From: Octopus sinensis
Taxonomy: Eukaryota
Length of the DNA stretch: 64,000 nucleotides
Assembly: GCF_006345805.1 (NCBI RefSeq)
Contig: NC_043019.1
Location: 13,329,360 to 13,393,359, forward strand
Reading direction: 5' to 3'
A model generated the notes under the pieces. That model worked only from the letters and a program-made list of their open reading frames with translations, was not told the origin of the DNA and ran no database searches. Both the position numbers and the translations under genes were made by a program. Of the stretch, positions 52,573 to 64,000 are shown piece after piece; within the stretch, counting starts at the first letter, position 1; each line of letters opens with the position of its first letter.

Positions 52573-52702
52573 GACCAAATCCACTAAGAAGGCTTTGGTG
52601 AGCCTGAGGCTATTATAGAAGACACTTGCCGAAGGTGCCACGCAGTGGGATTGAACCCAGAACCATGTGATTGGCTAGCCAACTTCTTACCACACAGCCA
52701 CA
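52573..52702 (-). mobile_element. SINE family A, 5' half
   Basis: ACCAAATCCACT...AGAAGACACTTGCC...ACCACACAGCCAC. Confidence 0.82.
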
Positions 52703-53130
52703 TGTTTATAGTTTATACCTTCATTTGAAGCTGAAGATTTCACTCCGTTGCTGCTCAGATATTTTCTCTGGTTAAAAGATCATCATATTTCTGTATAGGT
52801 ATATGTGTGTGTTTTGTATCAGTTTGTATAATAATGAATTTCTGAAGAATACTTTGTGTGTTTGAATATACATATGGATGCATATAGTATCCGTAAAAAT
52901 TTGGCAATGTGTTAAACTATTGGGTGTCAACCAGGTTGTAATATATTTGGAATAATTAAAATATTTTCTCTGCAAGAAATTTCAGTAATTCCACATGGGC
53001 TGTTCAACTATTTAAAGTGTTTCCAATAAGATTACTAACTCTTTGAGGTGTGTGAGTGTAAAAATATACAGTCAGGAGGTTTGAGAGTTGAATATATACA
53101 TACATTTATTTAACCAAGTGACTCCTATTA

Positions 53131-53257
53131 GATTACAGCTGTTTCGCAACCTTTTTCATGTAGTATTAATTTTGGCATTCAAGAAATTATGTGAACATGT
53201 TTGCATTATTATTTATCCTTGGTACATATAGAATAAAGCAAGTTAGCTCATCAGGTC
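53131..53257 (-). ncRNA. Type I hammerhead motif with long stem II
   Basis: Minus strand: GAC-CUGAUGA-GCUAACUU...(about 85 nt)...AGGUUGC-GAAA-CAGCUG-UA-AUC. Core intact, palindromic stem III ACAGCUGU, first pair of stem I mismatched. Confidence 0.62.
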
Positions 53258-53532
53258 ACCCGAACATTGTGGTTATGTCGACATTTCAACTCTATGAATA
53301 TACATTCCTATTGTGTCATTCCGAGCATGTTTTTAAATGTATTTATATAAACCTCTGGGAATAATTTCATCGTTTAGATTTTATGGTTTTTTTCAATTAC
53401 ATGGCTACTTGACATTACTGTATTTTTTAATTGTTTACTATGTGGACTGATAGCCGAGTTCATAAGAGGAGCTTACTGTGATAGTCATGCAATTCTCTCT
53501 GAATCTACATTGTATACTACTCTCACTCTCTT

Positions 53533-53574
<42 letters not shown>

Positions 53575-53671
53575 CACACACACACACATATATCAATGCT
53601 TGGGTTATAATAAGAACAATTTAGCATTAAACTGGAGGAGTACTCGATGCTTCCACAAGAAGGGAGAGTGA

Positions 53672-53709
53672 TAGTGACTTCAAAGTTTCTGCCTGTTTGC
53701 CTTCATCAG
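53672..53709 (-). ncRNA. Minimal hammerhead-like motif, 5' stem I truncated by (TA)n
   Basis: Minus strand: CUGAUGA-A-GGC AAACAG GCA-GAAA-CUUUGAAG-UC-ACUA. A related remnant is at 5140-5160 (AGTGACTTCAAAGTTT shared). Confidence 0.52.
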
Positions 53710-53723
53710 ATATATATATATAT

Positions 53724-53915
53724 AGAGAAAGTTTACGAAAAAAAACAAAAGACGAAGACAGGTGGTGTACAAAACAAACAGATGTATTAGTATAGTGCTC
53801 AGGAATAGAAAAAGTCTTTTACGTTTTGAGCCTACGCTCTTCTACAGAAAGGTACACAGAAAAAACAAGGAGAGAAAAAAAATGTGTGTAGTGACTAGCG
53901 ATCTATCATGGCGAC
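53724..53915 (-). mobile_element. Short Penelope-like fragment inserted in (TA)n, containing a degenerate hammerhead (53816-53851)
   Basis: Minus strand: CUUU-CUGUAGA-A-GAGC GUAG GCUC-AAAA-CG-UA-AAAG. Stems I and II are perfect; two core positions deviate. Confidence 0.55.
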
Positions 53916-54549
53916 TATATATATATGACTAGTACTCAACACACAGAATGTATTCGAAACCTAAGATAAATGAAAAATAGTTAGTCTTCTAAGAGCTTGG
54001 CAGTGAGACTGTAAACAGATGTAAATACACTTAATTATTCTCTTTGCAAACACACAAAGAAATAAGATAATAATAATAAAAGATCTGGTCCTTGCATGTG
54101 TTATGGTTCATTGACCATTAACCAAGCCACAAAGTATCCCACTCAATTTTCTGTCCTGCCTGAGATCCTAGAGCAGGTCACTATTTACATCAAACAGAAA
54201 CCTGACCTGTGCTGTAATGGTGACACTAATATCCATATGACGTATAAATACATCGGCATTGTAATTAATCAATTGATAGATATTTTTTGCACAAAACAGG
54301 ATGCTTTAGAAGCTTAAGACAAAAGTATAATCGTTAACTAATGGATTTTAACGAGAAGGGTTGTTTGTCTTATATTTATTTTGTAAGTCGTTGTTACAAA
54401 GCATTTATTGTTCACTTCGTGCAGAGACGATTCTGCTGACAGTTCTCTCAGGACATTGATTTCCCGTCAGATGACAAGGAACCCTTCGAATTCCTACACG
54501 CAGAGGGAGCCTACAATGAAGTACTCTTCAATTCAAACACACTGCATTA

Positions 54550-54683
54550 TATATGTATGAATAGATATGTATGTGTATATATGTATGCATGTATATAGAC
54601 TTATGTGTGGGAGTGTGGGAATATATATATATGTATATATATATGTGTGTGTGATGTATATATTGTATGTATATATATATATG

Positions 54684-54722
<39 letters not shown>

Positions 54723-54808
54723 TATATGTATGTATATGTATGTATATGTATATATATATGTATTATATATATATATATTATGTATATATATATATATATA
54801 TATGTATA

Positions 54809-54856
<48 letters not shown>

Positions 54857-54957
54857 TATATATATAAACACATATATATATGTATAATATATATATATAT
54901 GTAATGTATAATATACACATATATATATATATATGTATATATATATATTATATACAC

Positions 54958-54988
<31 letters not shown>

Positions 54989-55386
54989 ACACATATATAT
55001 ATATAGTATATATATATATACACATACATATATATATGTATTATATAATATATATGTTATATATATTATATATACACATAAATATATATATGTATATATA
55101 TATATATACACATATATATATATATATGTATATATATATACACATACATATATATAATGTATATATATATTATATATGTATATATATATATACACATACA
55201 TATATATATGTATATATATATATATATATATACACATACATATATATATATGTATATATATATCTATGTATATATATATATATCTACATATATAATATAT
55301 GTATGTATATATATATATATACATTTAAATATTTGTGTGTTTTATATATATATACACATACATATATATATATATGTATATATGTA

Positions 55387-55420
<34 letters not shown>

Positions 55421-55530
55421 CATATATATATACATATATATTACACATACATTATATAATACATATATATATGTATAATATATATATATAATATATATAT
55501 AATAATATATATAATATAAATAATAGTATG
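54550..55530. repeat. Interrupted (TA)n array of about 1 kb
   Basis: Direct reading. Confidence 0.95.
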
Positions 55531-55659
55531 TATGTATATCAACATATCAGTGATATCTCCTTATCGATAAATTTTGACAAACATTGCTTAGTGTATGGTG
55601 AGATATTGAAATTGGTATGTTTGTATGTCTGTGCGTGTGTATATATGCTTGTATATATG

Positions 55660-55708
<49 letters not shown>

Positions 55709-56344
55709 GAGATCAGCAGCAGATCTCACTGCCAATTCTCTTCTATTCTTTCTGATTGATCTGCTGGAAATAATGTTTTGTCATTGACGTGAATGAGTAG
55801 TGCTAAAAGAATGGCCAATGTTTACATCCTTCACCGAGGTCGTTGTTAATTCTGTTGACTCTCCGAGACATTAGATTTCATTGCACTAACTCACATCTCC
55901 CCTCCCCCTTCCCCCCTCCTTCAACATATACGCGGCGTGCGTGCTTTGTCTGTGTATATGTGTGTGTGTGTATATTCAATTTTTTAGTTTTGCAATAATC
56001 TGAATCAAACAGCGTTTTACTTATCTGTATTAAACAGAGAATCATTGATTCTACATATATACAAACGTGTATGTATGTTTATATAATAGACACACACATA
56101 TACATACATATATATGTGTGTATGTATATATATAATATACACACATATATAAACGATGATGATGATGATGATGATGATATAAACATATATATAGATATAC
56201 ACATATATAATATATATATAAACATATATATATATATACACACACATACATATGAACGTACACACACATGTACACACACATATATGTATAATTGTATATA
56301 TATGTATATTTATCATTATATATATATGTGCTTAACTGTGTGTA

Positions 56345-56390
<46 letters not shown>

Positions 56391-56432
56391 ACGTTAATAG
56401 TGTATAAATATGTATTTATATATGTGTGTGTG

Positions 56433-56476
<44 letters not shown>

Positions 56477-57038
56477 ACACACACATATATATAAGGTAAG
56501 GTATATATGTGCATAAATATATATTTATATATATGTGCGTGTGTATATATTCTCTGTGCACATGTACATACACACATATACAATATAAGTATTATTGTAT
56601 TCATTCTGCATTTGTTAGTCTCTTTCAACACCTCACCACAACCCCACCCCTTCCCCCTTTGTTCCTTCAGTTCTCTTTCTCTCTCTTTCTCTCCTTCTCT
56701 GTCTCTCTCTCTCTCTCTCTCCCTCCCTCACACACACTCGCCCATCCATCCAGTTTGTGTATTGTTAATGGAATCATAACTTAATCAAATATAGAGATTA
56801 ATTAAATATTAGTACTGAACTGGGGTGGGGGGGACAATTTCTTGTGTGTGTGTGTGTGTTTGTATGTGTCTGTGAGTGTGTTTTAGTGCGTATGCATTTG
56901 TGTATGTGTATATATATATATACACATACACGCACGCACATATATGTATGAGTGAAGACGTATTGATGTGTGTATGTGTATATGTGTGTCTCTTGGAATG
57001 GAATATGTGGTGGGGTGAATCATTGTGTATGTATTATG

Positions 57039-57083
<45 letters not shown>

Positions 57084-57354
57084 CATATATTTGTGTAGCT
57101 ATATGAGTGTGTATGTAAATGTGTATATGTGTGTAGCTATGTATGTGTGTGTATGTAGGTGTGTACATATATCAATATGGTGTGTGTGTGTGTGTGTATT
57201 CCATTTGTGTTCTTATTCTCACTACTTACCTCTATCTCTCCCCCTTTACTTCTCCCCCCCCCCTCTTATTCTCTTTTTACAATTATTCTCACTTTTAAGT
57301 TTTCTTTGTATATTCAATAAATTTACTTTCTACTTGCTGCACTCACATTCTCAT

Positions 57355-57458
<104 letters not shown>

Positions 57459-57463
57459 GTGTG

Positions 57464-57822
57464 TGAAGGTGTGTGGCTCAGTGGTTAGAGCGTCAGGCTT
57501 ACGATAATCAAGTTGTGAGTTCGATTCCCGGACCGAGCTGCATGTTGTGTTCTTGAGCAAGACACTTTACTTCATGTTGCTCCAGGTCACTCACCTGTTG
57601 AAATGAGCTGCGATGTCACAGGTGCCAAGCTGTATCGACCTTTACCTTTCCCTTGGATGACATCGGTGGCATGGAAAGGGGTGGCTGGTATGCATGGGCC
57701 ACCGCTGGTCTTCCATAAAAACAACTCTAGGTTGTGCGTTCGCCGGTGAGATGACTTCCCACCCAGACTTGTACACCCCGAGGGGAACCTCTTAGGTGCA
57801 CCCACGGTCATTCGTGACCAAC
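57464..57822 (+). mobile_element. tRNA-derived SINE, family C subtype
   Basis: TGGCTCAGTGGTTAGAGCG...GAGTTCGATTCCCGG...TTGAGCAAGACACTTT. 3' body is shared with 3455-3705. Confidence 0.88.
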
Positions 57823-57836
57823 AGAGTTGCCATTAA

Positions 57837-57868
<32 letters not shown>

Positions 57869-59834
57869 CTCTCTATTTCCTATGTATCTCTCTCTCTCTC
57901 TTTCCTATACATCTCTCCTCTCTCTCTCTCTCTACATTATATATATATATGTCCTTCTATGAAACTCTGCCCTATATCTCTGTCTATACTTTTCTGTATC
58001 TCTGAATGTGTGTGTGTGTGTGTGTGGTGTGTGTGTGTGCGTGTGTGTGGGGGGGATGTGTAGTTTAGGACAATCAGTAAGTTGTCATAATAGGACTCAG
58101 AGTTTCAAATGCTGGAGATAAGAGCTATGATGCATTCTCCTCGGGTATATTTTTATTATTGTTATTATTATTATTATTATTATTATAAATATATGTATAT
58201 ACGTAAATATATATATGTATATATATGTAAATATATATATGTATATATATGTAAATATATATATGTATATATATGTAAATATATATGTATATATGTAAAT
58301 ATGTATGTATATATGTAAATATGTATGTATATATATATATATATATATACACACAACACACACACAGATATGTGGTTTTTGTCTCTCATATTTCAATTTT
58401 CTATTTTATTTTCAATTCCACCCCCCACCCCCACTCCCCATGCATTTATATACTTTCTCTATTCTTCTTTTCTGAACATTTATTTTTCTACACGAGAGGG
58501 AGGGGTGGTGGCCGTGGTCGTGGTCGGTGGTAGCGATGGCGTTGGCAATAGTTTCGGTGAAGACATTTGAATATTTCACTGGTTTTCTGATACTTTAACC
58601 ATCTCCGTAGATCACAGAGCTGGCGAAGAAACCGAATGAATTGTGTTTGTTCTTGAAATTAATGTACACTTTTCTTCTATCGAAAATTATTCTAATTTGA
58701 TTGATTGTAAAACATGGAAAAAAAAAAATGATAATAATGATATTAATAATAATAATAATAATAATAATAAGATGAAAGTCGGAAAAAAGATAAATAAATA
58801 GAATTTTTTTAAAATTGTATTTCCACCGCTACCATCAATCACCACCCTGCTTCGTCTTCCTGCACCAACCAGACTTTGAATTTTCGAATGTTAACTTTCT
58901 GCAGAGAAGGTGAACAGCATGCTGTGTTGGCGGTGGTGGTGGTGGTGGTGGTGGTGGTGGTGGTGGTGGTGGTGGTGGTGGTGGTGGTGGTGGTAGTGGT
59001 GGTGGTAGCGGTGGCAGTGTCAGCGGCGGTGGTGGTGTCAGGGAGAGAAAGATGGAGAGAAAAAGAGAGAGACAGAGAAAGACTGAGAGAGAGATACAAA
59101 GAGAGAAAGCAAAATACAAAGAAAGTGAAAGAGAGAAAGACAGAGACAGAAATACAGACAGAGAGATAGAGAGAGAGAGAGAAAGAGAGACAAAGAAAGT
59201 GAGAGAGAGAGGGAAAGAGAGAGCAAAGGAATTATAAGAAAGCAAAATACCAACATTATCGTTAAAGAATGCATTATTATTATTGTTATTATTATTATCA
59301 TTATTATTATTATCACGATCATTATTATCGTTGTTGTTGTTGTTGTTATCACAAAAGAAATATTCAGCTGGTAAGCGAATCAATTATTGTATATTGTATA
59401 TATTATAGATCTCGTTATTGATTCCTCTTCTGCTAGTTTCGGTGGTTGGTGAGGTAACAATGGAATGGTAACCACCTCTTTTTTTGGGGTTTTTTTTTCT
59501 CTTAATGAAACCGAAACCGTTTATCGTACAGAGCATGCCCAGTGCAGTTTGCTGTTTCTGTTACATGACCCTGGGTCATCTCTGATCGAGCCAACACCCC
59601 TTCCCTGTTGCCCTGCCTTATATGCATTTTGGCCGTGAGGAAATGGTTGTTTTTGTTTATCTATTTATTCTATGATGGTTGTATCTGCGAAGGCACATGG
59701 CCCGGTGGTTAGGGTGTTGCACTCTTGATTGCAAGATCTTGCTTTCAATTCCTAGTCAGGGCAGTGTATTGCATTTTCCAGCAAAGCACTTTTGTTTCAT
59801 TTTGCTCTAGGCAAGTGGATATTAAATCTGAAGG

Positions 59835-59906
59835 TAGAAAGGTAGATGTATCTAGTTAGATAGACAGGTAGATAGTTAAGCAGCTAGGCAGGTAGATATG
59901 TTTAGG

Positions 59907-59937
<31 letters not shown>

Positions 59938-60030
59938 TTAAATAGGTAGACAGGTAGGTAGGTAGGTAGGTAGATAGATAGGGAGGGAGGGAGATATATT
60001 TAGGTAGATAGATAGATAGATAGATTGATT

Positions 60031-60063
<33 letters not shown>

Positions 60064-60155
60064 GTAGGTGTAGTTAGATAGGTAGGGAGGGAGGGAGGGA
60101 TATATATTTAGGTAGATAAATAGTTAGGTAGATAAGCAGCTAGGTATGTAGATAG

Positions 60156-60186
<31 letters not shown>

Positions 60187-60279
60187 GATAGGTAGGTAGG
60201 TAGGCAGGCAGGCATATTTAGTTAGATGGCTAGATAGGCAGGTATATATATTTAGAGAGATAGCTAGATAGGCAGGTAG

Positions 60280-60311
<32 letters not shown>

Positions 60312-60605
60312 GGAGAGAGAGAGAGAGAAAGAGAGATAGATTGATAGATAGCCAGGTACGAAGGTAAGTAGATAAATAGCAAGATAGGCAAGTAGATAGA
60401 GAGTTAGGTAGGTAGGCAGGTAGATCTATTTAGGTAGATAGATAGTTAAATAGGTAAACAGGTGGGTAGGTAGAATTATTTAGGTGGACAGATAGCTAGA
60501 TAGGTAAGCTGAAAAGAAGATAGATATATTTAGGCAGGTAGATAGGTAGGCCAGTAGGTATGTAGATATAGATAGGCAAGTAGTTGAGTTGGTTGATGGA
60601 TGGAT
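59835..60605. repeat. (GATA)n/(GGTA)n array
   Basis: Direct reading. Confidence 0.92.
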
Positions 60606-60738
60606 AGTTTGTTCTTCCTTCCTTCTGAATTCCATACAAACGGAATTATTTGCTATTGGTATGTATGAACTTAAAGCCATCGTGTGAAACTTCAGAGACA
60701 CGGAAACGTTTTATGTCATCGACGCAGCGAATTTTATT

Positions 60739-60776
60739 AACTCCCAGAATGCACCTGTCAGTGCATTCTGGGAGTT
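60739..60776. other. Perfect 16-bp inverted repeat with 6-nt loop
   Basis: AACTCCCAGAATGCAC-CTGTCA-GTGCATTCTGGGAGTT. Confidence 0.9.
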
Positions 60777-61678
60777 TAATATAAGAACCTCATTAAGAAA
60801 CATGTGAAAATTTGAAAATCCACCAGATCAAATGTGAGCAAAATTGTGTAGAACTAGCAGACATAGCGCCAACTCTATTTTGATATTGAGGAACCACAGT
60901 AATCATAGAAAAACCATCAACTGGAATAATCATAATGTGTATCTGCTATCAGACTTATCAGCTCGTCTTCTATGGAACCATTGCTGTAGTCTTTCGGATC
61001 CTTAATCTTGCCATTAAGTCTTCAAAGGAGAGTAAATTATGGAACATAACCTCGGTAAACAGTCGCTAAAACTTCAAAGGCGTCTCGGAATCTTTTGAAG
61101 AATTTCGATTCTCCTTTTAGCATCCGCATCCCTTGATTGGGTTGGGACAATTCATATCATTTATCTTCTCCTTTATGTTGGAATTCTCTATCCTCGGTTA
61201 TTCTATGCGTATATGTATATATATATATAATATATATATATATAAGTAGTGTGTGTGTGTGTGTGTGTGAAGGTACATGGCTTAGTGGTTGGAGCGTAGC
61301 TCTCATGATCAGAGAATTGTGGTTTCAATTCTTGGACTGGACGGTTTGCTGCCCAACCGCATGGTTCCTGTGCCTATATAGTCAGGAAAATATTTTCGAG
61401 CATTAACCTCTTAACATAGACATTTTTTTTTCCAATTTCCATGCAAAAAATATTTATCTACTTTGAATCTGTATATTAGGAAGAACAATTACACAAATTA
61501 TTTTGGATCAGTTTTTGATTTATTATGAAATTACCAATAGAAATTCTAGTTGCTGATAGTTAATGATAGAAAATGAGAATAAAATCATGAACGAAGTATT
61601 TTGGTTTAGAAATAAATGACAAATACCTCAGAGCACAGTGAACATATATTTTCATTCAAATATATATTTACTAATATA

Positions 61679-61808
61679 CAGGGTGTCCCAAAAAATGTAT
61701 ACACACCTTAAATAATTGTAAATTTGTTATTCTTTGTAAGCCTAATACTTATTCTATCGTTCTCTTTTGCCAAACCACTATGTGTATACATTTTTTTGGG
61801 ACACCCTG
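61679..61808. mobile_element. Tc1/mariner-like MITE (27-28 bp TIRs, TA duplication) enclosing SINE A sequence
   Basis: TA|CAGGGTGTCCCAAAAAATGTATACACA...TGTGTATACATTTTTTTGGGACACCCTG|TA. Confidence 0.85.
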
Positions 61809-61810
<2 letters not shown>

Positions 61811-61847
<37 letters not shown>

Positions 61848-61990
61848 GTATATATGTATGCGACAAGCTTCTTTCAGTTTCTGTCTACCAAATCCACTCA
61901 CAAGGCTTTGGTCAGCTAAAGGCTATAGTAGAAGACACTTGCCCAAGGTGCCACACAGTGGGACTGAACCCAGAACCATGTAGTTGGACA
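61811..61990 (-). mobile_element. SINE family A, 5' half
   Basis: GCTTCTTTCAGTTTCTGTCTACCAAATCCACTCACAAGG...GGGACTGAACCCAGAACCATG. Confidence 0.88.
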
Positions 61991-62120
61991 GCAAATCTGA
62001 ATGAAAATATACAGGATAATAGGATAATATGTTAAGCTAAAGCTTGCATACAGGACCCAGGGGGATTTTTTTTGTTTTTTCCTTTTTGAATCAAGTACAT
62101 CTTATAAACCATCAAATACC

Positions 62121-62351
62121 TATTTCTTTACTACCCACAAGGGACTAAATACAGATAGGACAAACAAGGACAGACAAACAGATTAAGTCGATTAAATCGA
62201 CCCCAGTGCGTAACTGGTACTTAATTTATCGACCCCGAAAGGATGAAAGGCAAAGTTGACCTTGGCGGAATTTGAACTCAGAATGTGAAGACAAACGAAA
62301 TACCACTAAGCATTCTGTCCGACGTGCTAACGATTCTGCCAGCTCGCCGCC
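62121..62351 (-). mobile_element. SINE family B, full length
   Basis: Reverse complement of 12649-12879. Confidence 0.9.
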
Positions 62352-62399
62352 TTCAAATATGGTAGATATATGGGTGGGTGGGCGTGTGTGTATTAGTGT

Positions 62400-62630
62400 T
62401 TCCTTGTCTTCATGTCTTGTGATAGTCGTAAATGAGCTTCATTTTCAGTCTTCCGTGTGAAGCATGTCTGGCCATGGGGGAAATGTATGATTTCTTGGAA
62501 GCAGATTGAGGGTTGGTGATAGGAAGAGCACCCAGCCGTAGAACATCTGCCTCAACAAATTTCATCCAACCTATGCAAGCATAGAAAATGCTTGAATTGA
62601 ACAGTACAATGATGATGATGATGGTGGTGG
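62400..62630 (+). mobile_element. Older retroposon sharing the family E 3' domain
   Basis: GGTTGGTGATAGGAAGAGCACCCAGCCGTAGAA...TCCAACCTATGCAAGCATAGAAAA...(ATG)n. Inverted relatives are near 14670-14775 and 49300-49425. Confidence 0.65.
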
Positions 62631-63194
62631 TGATGAATAGTACCAGATCAGCTTGATCAATCTCATGTATGATCAAAAGACATTCCAACTATGGCGATCC
62701 ACTCATTGTTTTTTTTTTGTTTTTTTTTTATTCCTCAGGCACATTGTATCAGGAATAAAATTATCAAGCGTATCCGCATTTTCGTTTGTTCTGCTTCCTT
62801 CAAGATGTTTCATGTTATTCGAGGAAGCTTTGGCTGCAATTTCTAGCAGGTCGTGCGACGACGTCGATGATGTGACACAGAACCTTAGTTCTCTTTTAAA
62901 TATGTTTTTTTTTGTTTTCCTCCGGTTTTCTTCAATAATAATTAAAGTCCCTCAACGGAACACAAGATGTTACATCTTCTTAAAAAAAAAAAAAAAAAAA
63001 AAAATAAGCAACCATAAATTTCTGTGAAGCCTTTGAAGTCGGAATCTGAAGAAAATGGTGGGCGGGAAAAATGTCTGTTTTTCCGAGTCTTTCAAGTGTC
63101 AGAGCATGGAGACTGCGGATGAAACGCTCGCACATCAAATATAGATGGGAATTAAAACAGTGTTCTTAGAAAATAAAAATAAAATATATATATG

Positions 63195-63236
<42 letters not shown>

Positions 63237-63894
63237 TATAAAAGACCTTTTCAAGAATTATGCAGGAGATTATAGCGCTGCTAGAAATGTTTAAGGTCTA
63301 CTGCTTGCCCTCCTACTCTCCTCCTACTACTACTACTACCTATATGGCTGGTCGGCTTATCTTGCTCCCCCTTATCCTCCCTCGTTGCTCTTGGCCCGGT
63401 ACTTCACTCAGTATTTCGGTAGCAAAATTTTGATTATAGTCTGGTTAGTGTGTAAAGTGTGGTGTGGTAGGAAAATTATTGTGGCCTACTTTTTAGCGGA
63501 TCCACATGTAGCAGTAAATATGCATACATAAATACATGCATAAGCATGTATACACAAACACACATGTGTATATATCAAAGAGCTAGAGGAAGAAACTACA
63601 CATGCAGACTCACATACATACTTACATACACATATATATATATATACGTAATTTTTATGCATGGTTGGTGATGCAAGACGGGAAAGTAGGCCACAGAACA
63701 TTTGTTAACCTATGTAGTGGACATCCAAACATGATAGATTTAACTGTTTCACCATGAATTGAAAGCAAAAAATGATAAATAGCCTTAATAGATTCTCAGC
63801 CCTTTTTGGTGTCTCATCAGTGGTATCTGTATCATTTGATCAATCCCAGAAAAATAGCAATCGATTTATATATATATATTATATATATATATAG

Positions 63895-63929
<35 letters not shown>

Positions 63930-64000
63930 TATATGTATGTAATATAATTTTTCTGTGTCTTAAGATTTTAAATTGCTAGACCACTAGTTTAAAATTGATA

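Noticed and set aside
55708-55728. TGAGATC...GATCTCA hairpin with a bantam-like seed
   Set aside because: The stem is only about 7 bp and the rest does not match bantam.
59358-59380. AAATATTCAGCTGGTAA resembling miR-283/216
   Set aside because: There is an extra base in the seed and no hairpin partner. It could be a chance splice-donor-like site.

Overview
This is 64 kb of AT-rich, non-coding eukaryotic DNA, most likely a large intron or intergenic region of an octopus (coleoid cephalopod) genome. That assignment is inferred from the very dense (TA)n/(CA)n/(GATA)n microsatellites and from tRNA-headed SINE families I recognise as octopus-type. I found no host protein-coding exon I can support. 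Nearly all ORFs in the supplied track are translations of microsatellites or SINEs. The window holds dozens of SINE copies in at least five families (my own labels A-E), piggyBac-like and Tc1/mariner-like MITEs, Helitron ends, a decayed Tc1/mariner transposase C-terminus and several minisatellites. The most notable signal is a set of six type I hammerhead-ribozyme-like motifs (plus one remnant) from about five unrelated short repeat families, of the kind carried by Penelope-like elements and retrozymes. One motif (22392-22496) has an intact catalytic core, and three lie co-oriented within 720 bp (53131-53851). Other leads are a perfect 16-bp hairpin made of two ZNF143/Staf-like sites, an RFX X-box, SINE-seeded minisatellites with higher-order structure, nested antisense SINEs and a MITE/SINE chimera. 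All coordinates were read by eye, so element boundaries are approximate.
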